This document shows positions 28,216-35,557 of a stretch of DNA of 64,000 nucleotides, in pieces (position 1 is the first letter of the stretch; each line of letters opens with the position of its first letter). Both the position numbers and the translations under genes were made by a program. The stretch comes from a candidate division WOR-3 bacterium. GTDB lineage: Bacteria > Hydrothermota > Tepidihabitantia > Tepidihabitantales > Tepidihabitantaceae. The notes below the pieces were generated by a model. It did no database searches, was not told the origin of the DNA, and saw only the letters and a list, made by a program, of their open reading frames with translations. Location of the stretch: positions 2,495 to 66,494 of the forward strand of contig VGIR01000003.1 in the NCBI GenBank assembly GCA_016867815.1. Direction: 5' to 3'.

Positions 28216-28836
28216 ATGACCTCAGACACCGGGTACTGGCTCTGCAGTGCCGTCGCGCAGTCCTTTGCTGCCCTAACCGCGCTGACCGGCCTCTTCGCAG
28301 TGTACAAGCTGCAGACGCTTCGAGGGAACAAAGAGGGTATCCTCTATCGGTTCTTGATCGAACTCGAGAAGACCCGTGCAGAGCTCAACAGACTCGCGCA
28401 GGGTGTTGCGCGTCAGTGGATCGACTCGGTCCCCGATGCCGTTGTTCCCATCACGGGTGAGCACGGATGGAAACAAGTCGTGAAGTCCTACCGGGACGAG
28501 TATGAGGTCCGCCTCGGCGAGGTGGCTAGGGGATGCGGGCCGTCTAATGAGGAGCAGTGGGTCAGCAACAGGCGGGAGTTCTTCAGCGAGTTGATCCGGC
28601 AGCATGACAACACAACCAACCAGCAGAACGGCTGCAGCAAATGGGCGAAGGCAATGACGCTGGCTGACGGAATTATCACCTTGTTCTCGCTTGTCCTGAT
28701 CCTGGGAGTGCCCTATCTTGGGTCTACGCTGCCCGTCAGCTTGGTCGTGCTGCTTGTTCTTGCGGGCTTCGCTCTCGGACTGACTCTCTTCGCGTGTGTG
28801 AAGATACTTGCCATCGGAGAGTTGACGGACTCGTGA
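28216..28836 (+). CDS. hypothetical membrane protein
   Basis: N-terminal TM, soluble middle, two C-terminal TM helices. Confidence 0.5.
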   Translation: MTSDTGYWLCSAVAQSFAALTALTGLFAVYKLQTLRGNKEGILYRFLIELEKTRAELNRLAQGVARQWIDSVPDAVVPITGEHGWKQVVKSYRDEYEVRLGEVARGCGPSNEEQWVSNRREFFSELIRQHDNTTNQQNGCSKWAKAMTLADGIITLFSLVLILGVPYLGSTLPVSLVVLLVLAGFALGLTLFACVKILAIGELTDS

Positions 28837-29048
28837 CCAGGTAGCCACCAGTTCCGCTGCTGCCCGACTTCACACGCTGCACGCAGCTCAGTTGCCAGTG
28901 GTCCGATTGCGCCCCGGATCTCTGGTGACACCCGGGCGGGCACCGCGCTTGGGGATGTTGTTCTCGGAGAGCGATGACCAATTCTGCGAGCCGGTGGAGG
29001 AGAGCCTGGTCGATGTGCGGTTGCTGGTGACCGTTCAGGTTTTCCGCC

Positions 29049-29110
29049 CAAGCGCAAGCTCAAGCACAAGCCGGGCAAGAGCCGCAAGCCTCAAGCCACA
29101 AGCTTCAAGC
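29049..29110. repeat. CAAGCC-type heptamer tandem array
   Basis: caagcgcaagctcaagcacaagccgggcaagagccgcaagcctcaagccacaagcttcaagc. Confidence 0.9.
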
Positions 29111-29164
29111 TATCCGGAAGGTCGTTCTCGTCGAGTGACGTCGGGCTCTGGAAAGCATCGAGCA

Positions 29165-29465
29165 AGCGACTCTCCCGACAGCTCTCCGAGTAGTCCTCCC
29201 AACTCCCCTCCGAATTGCCCGGCGGGCTGCTTTCCGGATTATCTGCTGAGCTACTCTCCGGACAAACTGCGGAGCAGTCCGCGGAACTGCCTTCCCCGCA
29301 GTTCGCCGAGGAGCTCGCCGAGTTCCTCTCCGGATAGCTCTCCGAGTAGCTGACCGAATAGCTGTCCGGGCAGTTCTCCAGATTTCCTTCCGGATAGCCT
29401 GCGGAGCAACCTGCCGGACTGCTTTCCGGGCAGCTTGCCGAACTGCCTCCCGAACAACCTGGGGG
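29165..29465. repeat. degenerate 12-bp minisatellite (consensus CCGGAnAGCTnT, about 25 units), locus 1
   Basis: ccggatagctct ccgagtagctga ccgaatagctgt ccgggcagttct ... read directly. Confidence 0.9.
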
Positions 29466-29600
29466 GCGGGGTAGGGGAGGAGAGTGAATGCCCAATAACC
29501 AATTACTAATGAAGAAGTTAGAACAACTCGGGACTTGCCTCCAGGAGGACATATAGGAAACTGGACGCGTGCGACCGGCCTCAAGTGAGGGGCCGGTTTC
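29466..29600. repeat. conserved ~130-bp flank of the 12-bp minisatellite (second copy at 57489-57640)
   Basis: gggaggagagtgaatgcccaataaccaattactaatgaagaagttagaacaactcgggacttgcctccaggaggacatataggaaactgg is about 75% identical to 57489-57600. Confidence 0.8.
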
Positions 29601-29653
29601 GATGCACGGACCAGGCTGTCAGGTCCGAGCGTCAGGACGCCGGCGAGGCGCGG

Positions 29654-29682
29654 TGCTTGCCAGCGGGGGAGAGGTGACTAGA
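29654..29682 (+). promoter_or_regulatory. putative xylA promoter (TTGCCA N16 TAGAAT) followed by RBS AAGGAG
   Basis: gcTTGCCAgcgggggagaggtgacTAGAATgag ... cctAAGGAGtcgtaaccATG. Confidence 0.45.
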
Positions 29683-29720
29683 ATGAGCACTGGTACAAAG
29701 CCTCCTAAGGAGTCGTAACC

Positions 29721-30920
29721 ATGCCTCTTCTTGATCTCCGGCCGCAAGCAGTGCGCAGGACGCCCGCACAAATGGTCGAACACCTGAAGTCATTCAACCT
29801 CGACCTGAAGTTCTCTGCCGGGATCTGGTTCTTCTCGCCGTCGGAAAGCCGGTTCCATAAGAAGCATGGGCCTGACCTCTCGATCGAGCAGCGGCTGGAG
29901 ATTGCGCGGGGACTGAAGGAGTACGGTCTCGCCGGGCTGGAGGCGCACTACCCGAACGAGATCAACGAGGAGAATGAGAAGCTGTGGCGCGACTTCTGTG
30001 CCGACTCCGGCATGCGGCTGGTGACGGTTGTGCCGCTCCTATTCCGCAGTCCCAAGTTCGAGTTCGGTTCGCTCTCCAGCCCGTTGCCCGAAGCGCGCAA
30101 GGCAGCGATTGAAGTCACGCGGCGCGCGTTTGAGATGAACTGCCGGATGGATACCGATTTCTGCGTTGTCTGGCCCGGGATTGATGGGTATGAGAATCCG
30201 TTTGGCATGGACTTCGCCGCGATGCGCGACCGGTTCGCGGACGGCCTGGCCGAAGCTATGGACTGCGTGCCCGGGGTGCGGGTCGCGTTCGAGCCCAAGC
30301 CGTACGAGCCGCGCGGCCGAATCATCTTCGGTACGACGCCGGAGGGGCTGCTGCTCTGCCACATGGTAGAGGAGAGGCTGCAGAACCCGGAGAACCGGCG
30401 GCTCTTGGTCGAAGGCCATGCGCTCGTCGGGATGAATCCCGAGGTGGGGCATGCGCTGATGGCGTATGAAGACCTGCCGTACGCGTATAGCTGGCCACTA
30501 TCCGAAGGCAGGCTCTGTCACATGCACCTGAACAGCCAACCGCTCGGCAACTTCGACCAGGACCTGAACGTGGGGACTGTGGCGCCGGAACAGATTGAAG
30601 CGCTGCTCTATGTGCTGAAGATGCACGGCTATCAAGGCTGGTTCGGCATCGACATCAATCCCGAGCGCATGCCGGTGGACATGGGCCTGCGCATCTCGAT
30701 GGACGCGCTGCGCGCCGCCAATGACAGGATCACTGATCTTGACCACGAGTCAGTGGTCTTCGCAGTCAACCACCCGGACAAGGCGAGAGGGTGGCTTGAG
30801 GGATACCTCGTGCGCGCAAGGGCTCCACATCCGGAACGCCTGGCGCAGCTTCTACCCGTCGGGCCACAAGCCTCAAGCCACAAGCCGCAAGCTTCGGACC
30901 GGACGGGAGGATCGGAATGA
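29721..30920 (+). CDS. xylA: xylose isomerase (class I)
   Basis: AFEPKPYEPRG, NPEVGHALMA, HMHLNSQ...DQDL match XylA catalytic/metal-binding blocks; C-terminal about 15 aa are translated heptamer array. Confidence 0.75.
   Translation: MPLLDLRPQAVRRTPAQMVEHLKSFNLDLKFSAGIWFFSPSESRFHKKHGPDLSIEQRLEIARGLKEYGLAGLEAHYPNEINEENEKLWRDFCADSGMRLVTVVPLLFRSPKFEFGSLSSPLPEARKAAIEVTRRAFEMNCRMDTDFCVVWPGIDGYENPFGMDFAAMRDRFADGLAEAMDCVPGVRVAFEPKPYEPRGRIIFGTTPEGLLLCHMVEERLQNPENRRLLVEGHALVGMNPEVGHALMAYEDLPYAYSWPLSEGRLCHMHLNSQPLGNFDQDLNVGTVAPEQIEALLYVLKMHGYQGWFGIDINPERMPVDMGLRISMDALRAANDRITDLDHESVVFAVNHPDKARGWLEGYLVRARAPHPERLAQLLPVGPQASSHKPQASDRTGGSE
30863..30895. repeat. CAAGCC heptamer array at xylA 3' end
   Basis: ccacaagcctcaagccacaagccgcaagcttcgg. 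Confidence 0.9.
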
Positions 30921-31273
30921 GGAAGGTGGACGACTACGAAGTATTCAAGCGTGCACATCAACTGACTCTCGACATCTATCGGCTGACGAAGCGCTTTCCC
31001 AAGGACGAGCTGTACTGCCTCACCTCGCAGATGAGGCGCGCTGCATACTCGATACCCACCAACTTGAAGGAAGGCAGCACTGGGACCGAAACGGAGTTCT
31101 TTAGATACGTCCGAATCAGCCTGGGCAGCAAGGAGGAGCTTGCCTATCAGGTTCGGCTCGCCCGCGACCTGGGATACACCTCTGAGATAGACGCTAGGAA
31201 GCTGTCGTCAGAGATCAGCGAGATCGGCGGCATGCTGTTCGGTCTGCTCCGCAAGCGGGGGACCGGAGCTTGA
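30917..31273 (+). CDS. four-helix-bundle protein (23S rRNA intervening-sequence protein family)
   Basis: 118 aa; YEVFKRAHQLTLDIYRLTKRFPK...LYCLTSQMRRAAYSIPTNLKEG... characteristic of TIGR02436-type proteins. Confidence 0.75.
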   Translation: MRKVDDYEVFKRAHQLTLDIYRLTKRFPKDELYCLTSQMRRAAYSIPTNLKEGSTGTETEFFRYVRISLGSKEELAYQVRLARDLGYTSEIDARKLSSEISEIGGMLFGLLRKRGTGA

Positions 31274-31310
31274 AGCTTGAGGCTTGGGGCTTGAGGCCTC
31301 CGTTGCTTGC
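31267..31310. repeat. GGCTTGA heptamer array (inverted relative to 30863-30895)
   Basis: gcttgaagcttgaggcttggggcttgaggcc. Confidence 0.9.
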
Positions 31311-31313
31311 GCC

Positions 31314-32834
31314 ATGAGCCTGCTACTGGGCATCGACATCGGCACTTCGGGATGCAAAGCCGTTCTGATTGCTGGGGACGGGAGTGTTCGCGCGGAGGCT
31401 ACCACCGAGTATCCGATGGCGGTTCCGCGTCCCGGCTGGGCCGAGCAGAATCCTGAAGATTGGTGGCAAGCCACGATTGCCAGCATCAACCAGGTTCTGG
31501 CAAGCGCGAGAGGGGAGAGGGTTGTCGGAATCGGTCTCACCGGGCAGATGCACGGGCTTGTGCTCTTGGACGACGCCGGCAAGGTGCTGCGGCCATGCAT
31601 CATGTGGAACGACCAGCGGACTGCTGCTCAATGCGCGGAGATTGAAGAGAAGGTCGGGCGGGCGAAGCTGATTGAGCTGGCTGGCAAGCCGGCCCTGACC
31701 GGGTTCACTGCGGGGAAGATACTCTGGGTACGCGAGTACGAGCCGGACATCTTCCGCCGCGCACGGCACGTTCTGTTGCCCAAGGACTATGTACGCTATC
31801 GACTCACCGGTGCACTTGCGATGGACGTTGCCGAGGGCTCGGGCACGCTACTCATGGATGTGCGTAGGCGGGCGTGGTCAGATGAACTCCTGATGTCACT
31901 CGACATTCCGCGCGAGTGGCTGCCTTCACTACACGAGTCTCACGAGGTCGTTGCCGCGGTCAGCGCCGCGGCCGCATCGGCCACCGGACTGCGAGCGGGA
32001 ACGCCGGTCGTTGCCGGCGCGGGCGATCAAGCAGCACAGTCAATAGGTACCGGAATCGCGCGCGAGGGCGTCGTCTCCGTGACGATTGGGACTTCCGGAG
32101 TCGTGTTCGCGGCAACGAACCAGTACCGGTTCGACCCGACCGGAGAACTTCACGCCTATTGCCATGCGGTTCCTGATACGTGGCACCTGATGGGCGTTAC
32201 GCTTTCTGCAGGCGGGAGCTTGCGCTGGTTCCGTGACACGCTCTGCGAGAGTGAGAGGGCTGAAGCGCAACGCACCGGCCGCGACGCATACGACATCATC
32301 ACTGAGCTGGCTGGAACGGCGCAGGCCGGTTCGGATGGACTGCTTTTCCTGCCGTACCTGACGGGCGAAAGGACACCTCATGCTGACCCGAATGCACGCG
32401 GTGTGTTCTTCGGTCTGTCACTTCGGCATACCAGGGCGCATATGGCGCGGGCGGTGCTGGAGGGAGTGACGTTCTCGCTGCGCGAGTGCCTGGACCTGCT
32501 GTGCAACCTGGGGCAGAGTTGCCTGCGCGTGCGCGTGTCGGGCGGTGGCTCGCGTTCGGCGTTCTGGCGGCAGATGATGGCCGACGTGTTCGGTACTGAG
32601 ATCGTACAAGTTAACGTGCCGCAGGGCGCCGCCTATGGCGCGGCCTTGCTGGCCGGCGTCGGAACAGGCGTCTATTCTAGTGAAGAGCAAGCCTGCGAGC
32701 GGACCGTGCATGAAACCGAGAGCACCAGGCCGGGGTCGAGCGCCGGCGCCTACACTGAAGCCTACGAGCGCTATCGCGCTCTCTATCCTGCGCTGGCTCC
32801 CGAATTCAAGCGTGCCGGGCGAGCCGAGGCCTGA
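31314..32834 (+). CDS. xylB: xylulokinase (FGGY family)
   Basis: GIDIGTSGCKAVL, GQMHG, LPKDY, GGGSRS blocks closely match XylB. Confidence 0.85.
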   Translation: MSLLLGIDIGTSGCKAVLIAGDGSVRAEATTEYPMAVPRPGWAEQNPEDWWQATIASINQVLASARGERVVGIGLTGQMHGLVLLDDAGKVLRPCIMWNDQRTAAQCAEIEEKVGRAKLIELAGKPALTGFTAGKILWVREYEPDIFRRARHVLLPKDYVRYRLTGALAMDVAEGSGTLLMDVRRRAWSDELLMSLDIPREWLPSLHESHEVVAAVSAAAASATGLRAGTPVVAGAGDQAAQSIGTGIAREGVVSVTIGTSGVVFAATNQYRFDPTGELHAYCHAVPDTWHLMGVTLSAGGSLRWFRDTLCESERAEAQRTGRDAYDIITELAGTAQAGSDGLLFLPYLTGERTPHADPNARGVFFGLSLRHTRAHMARAVLEGVTFSLRECLDLLCNLGQSCLRVRVSGGGSRSAFWRQMMADVFGTEIVQVNVPQGAAYGAALLAGVGTGVYSSEEQACERTVHETESTRPGSSAGAYTEAYERYRALYPALAPEFKRAGRAEA

Positions 32835-32837
32835 ACG

Positions 32838-34298
32838 ATGATACGACCGCAACGGTTCCTCGCTTTCGACCTCGGGGCTGAGTCGGGACGGTCTATGATG
32901 GGAGAGCTGGATGACGGCAGGCTGGGTCTTCGCGATGTGAGCCGTTTCCCGAACCGTATGCTGGAGCTCAATGGACACTTGTTCTGGGATGTCTGGCATC
33001 TGCTGAGCGAGGTGAAGAGCGCGATGAAGGCCTGCGCCGAAGAGCAGCCCATCAGCATCGGCGTAGATACGTGGGGAGTTGACTTCGGTCTGCTCGCGCC
33101 CGATGGAACGCTTCTGGGCCTTCCCTACTCATACCGTGACAACAGGACTGCAGGTGCCATGTCGCTATTCCACAGACTTGTACCTAGGCAGCGAACGTTC
33201 GAGCTTACCGGGATCCAGTTCCTACCTATCAACACGCTGTACCAGCTGTACTCGATGAAGCGTGACAAGTCACCGCTACTCGACGTCGCTTTCAACTTGC
33301 TCTTCATGCCCGATCTGCTGGTCTACTTGCTCACAGGCCGCAAGGCTACCGAGTTCACAATCGCCACCACCTCGCAGCTATACAATCCCACAAAGCAGGC
33401 GTGGTCGGCCGAGTTGCTGAGGGCACTTGGACTGCCCAGGCCTTTCATGCAGGACATTGTACAGCCCGGGACCGAGATGGGACCGCTTGTGCCTTCAGTC
33501 GCATCCGAGGTCGGGCTCAAGACAACGCGCGTGGTAGCCACTGCGAGTCACGACACGGCCGCAGCAGTTGCGGCCGTTCCCGCTGAAGGCACCGGGTGGA
33601 TGTTCATAAGCGCCGGGACTTGGTCGCTCGTAGGTGTCGAAACCGAAACACCAATTGCGACAAGCGCGGCTCTGCGCCACAACTTCACCAACGAGGGCGG
33701 CGTTGGCGGTCGCTTCCGATTCCTGAAGAATGTGACCGGGTTCTGGCTGCTGCAGCAACTTGTTAGGTCGTGGCGCGAGCCAGCCGAATACGGCGCGCTC
33801 GTTAAGGAGGCGGCAGAGGCGCAGCCGCTCGGTGTGGTGCTCGACCCCGATGCAGCCTGCTTGCGTGCTCCCGGGGATATGGGCACGGCCCTGGTCGAGT
33901 TCTGCCGTGGCACCGGGCAGCGGGCCCCTCGCACCCGGGCGGGCCAGGTGCGGGCGATTCTCGAAGGGCTGGCTCTGAAGTACCGGCGGGTCAGGGATGA
34001 ACTGGAGCAGGTCACCGGGCGGAGATTGGACCGTGTTCACGTTGTCGGCGGCGGAGCCCGCAACTGGCTTCTATGCCAGATGACGGCCGACGCACTCGGG
34101 TTGCCCGTGTTTGCCGGTCCGGCTGAGGCCACGTCCGTCGGTAACATCATGGTTCAGGCAATGGCCGCCGGCCTTGTCTCATCGTTGGAGGAGATTCGTG
34201 CGGTCGTGCGTGAATCGTCTGCGGTCAGGCGGTTTCGGCCGAGGCCGTCGAAGGAATGGGATGCTGCGTACAAGCGGTTCAGCGGTATTGTGAGGTAG
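32838..34298 (+). CDS. rhaB: rhamnulokinase
   Basis: FDLGAESGR, DTWGVDFGL, GIQFLPINTLYQL, ATASHDTAAAV, FISAGTWSLVG, TNEGG match RhaB. Confidence 0.8.
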   Translation: MIRPQRFLAFDLGAESGRSMMGELDDGRLGLRDVSRFPNRMLELNGHLFWDVWHLLSEVKSAMKACAEEQPISIGVDTWGVDFGLLAPDGTLLGLPYSYRDNRTAGAMSLFHRLVPRQRTFELTGIQFLPINTLYQLYSMKRDKSPLLDVAFNLLFMPDLLVYLLTGRKATEFTIATTSQLYNPTKQAWSAELLRALGLPRPFMQDIVQPGTEMGPLVPSVASEVGLKTTRVVATASHDTAAAVAAVPAEGTGWMFISAGTWSLVGVETETPIATSAALRHNFTNEGGVGGRFRFLKNVTGFWLLQQLVRSWREPAEYGALVKEAAEAQPLGVVLDPDAACLRAPGDMGTALVEFCRGTGQRAPRTRAGQVRAILEGLALKYRRVRDELEQVTGRRLDRVHVVGGGARNWLLCQMTADALGLPVFAGPAEATSVGNIMVQAMAAGLVSSLEEIRAVVRESSAVRRFRPRPSKEWDAAYKRFSGIVR

Positions 34299-34303
34299 AC
34301 GCC

Positions 34304-35557
34304 ATGAAGGACAGCAGATTGGAGCAGGCTTTCGACCGGGCGAAGGAGCAGTACCAGGGCATCGGCATCGACGTCGAAACAGCGACGGAGATCCTGGGCC
34401 GCGTGCCGCTGTCGCTGCACTGCTGGCAGGGCGACGACGTGACCGGGTTCGAACACGAACGGGCTACGCTGGCCGGATCCGGCCTCGCCGTGACCGGTTC
34501 GTACCTGGGGCGGGCGCGCAACCCGACCGAGCTGCGGAAGGACATGGAGATAGCGTTCTCCCTGATTCCGGGCCGGCATCGCGTGAACCTGCACGCGATG
34601 TATGGTGAGTTCCCCGCCGGCATCGAACGGGACGCAATCGCCCCGGAGCACTACCTCGGCTGGCTCGCATGGGCGCGGGAGCGCGGGCTCGGGCTGGACT
34701 TCAACGCCACCCTCTTCGCGCACGCCAAGGCCGCATCCGGGTTCACTCTGAGCAGCACTGACGAGAGTGTGCGTCGGTTCTGGATAGAGCATGTCCGGCG
34801 CAGTCGCGAAGTCGGCGCGTTCCTCGGCCGCGAGCTGGGAAGTCCCTGCATCCACAACCTGTGGATTCCCGACGGCGCCAAGGACGCGGTCATCGACCGC
34901 TGGGAGCGCAGGAGCGCGCTTCGCAAGGCACTCGATGACGCGTTCGCGAAGTCTTACCCTCCGACCGAGCTGAAGGACTCGGTCGAGAGCAAGCTCTGGG
35001 GAGTCGGCAGTGAGACTTTCGTCGTCGGGTCGCACGAGTTCTACCTTGGCTACGCCTTGAGTCGCGGGCTCCTGCTCTGCCTGGACATGGGACACTTCCA
35101 TCCCACCGAGTCGGTAGCGGACAAAGTGTCGGCCATCCTCCAGTTCTCCGGCGAGCTGCTGATTCACGTGAGCCGCGGCGTACGCTGGGATTCGGACCAT
35201 GTCGTCGTGCTTGATGGCGGGTTGCAGGACGTCATGTCCGAGGTCGTGCGCACGGGAGCACTCGGCCGAGTTCACTTCGCCCTCGACTACTTCGATGCCG
35301 GGATGAACCGGGTCGCGGCCTGGGTCATCGGCGCGCGGGCCGCACTGAAGGCGCTGCTGGCGGCGCTGCTCGAACCTGTGGCACAACTGCGCGAACTGGA
35401 CCAGACTGGAAGGCTGGCTTTGCTCGAACAGGCGAGGATGATGCCGCTCGGGGCAGTCTGGGACTACTGCTGCCTGCGAGCAGGCGTTCCTTTGGAACAG
35501 GATTGGATGGTTGACGTCAGGCGGTATGAGTCCGAGGTGCTGAGTGGCCGGCAGTGA
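34304..35557 (+). CDS. rhaA: L-rhamnose isomerase
   Basis: N-terminus LEQAFDRAKEQYQGIGIDVETA...SLHCWQGDDVTGFE matches E. coli-type RhaA. Confidence 0.85.
   Translation: MKDSRLEQAFDRAKEQYQGIGIDVETATEILGRVPLSLHCWQGDDVTGFEHERATLAGSGLAVTGSYLGRARNPTELRKDMEIAFSLIPGRHRVNLHAMYGEFPAGIERDAIAPEHYLGWLAWARERGLGLDFNATLFAHAKAASGFTLSSTDESVRRFWIEHVRRSREVGAFLGRELGSPCIHNLWIPDGAKDAVIDRWERRSALRKALDDAFAKSYPPTELKDSVESKLWGVGSETFVVGSHEFYLGYALSRGLLLCLDMGHFHPTESVADKVSAILQFSGELLIHVSRGVRWDSDHVVVLDGGLQDVMSEVVRTGALGRVHFALDYFDAGMNRVAAWVIGARAALKALLAALLEPVAQLRELDQTGRLALLEQARMMPLGAVWDYCCLRAGVPLEQDWMVDVRRYESEVLSGRQ

Noticed and set aside
21961-29110. A classical integron or an ICE with its integrase as the explanation for the cassette array
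   Set aside because: No integrase or recombinase gene, no attC-like imperfect palindromes between cassettes and no conjugation genes are present in the window. The repeated units are copies of the mnmG 5' end itself, so a different trans-acting mechanism is inferred.
29165-29465. Possible CRISPR array, because of regular short repeats present at two loci (also 57195-57488)
   Set aside because: The unit is only 12 bp, tandem without spacers, degenerate, and no cas genes are nearby. It is a minisatellite, not a CRISPR array.
29105-29584. Arg/Ala-rich (A-x-R-x)n repeat ORF on the minus strand of the 12-bp minisatellite as a definite protein-coding gene
   Set aside because: It is not rejected outright, but it is not called as a CDS. 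A 12-bp repeat yields 4-residue repeats in every frame. The second copy's frame is broken, and variability is not concentrated at third codon positions. Reported under findings instead.
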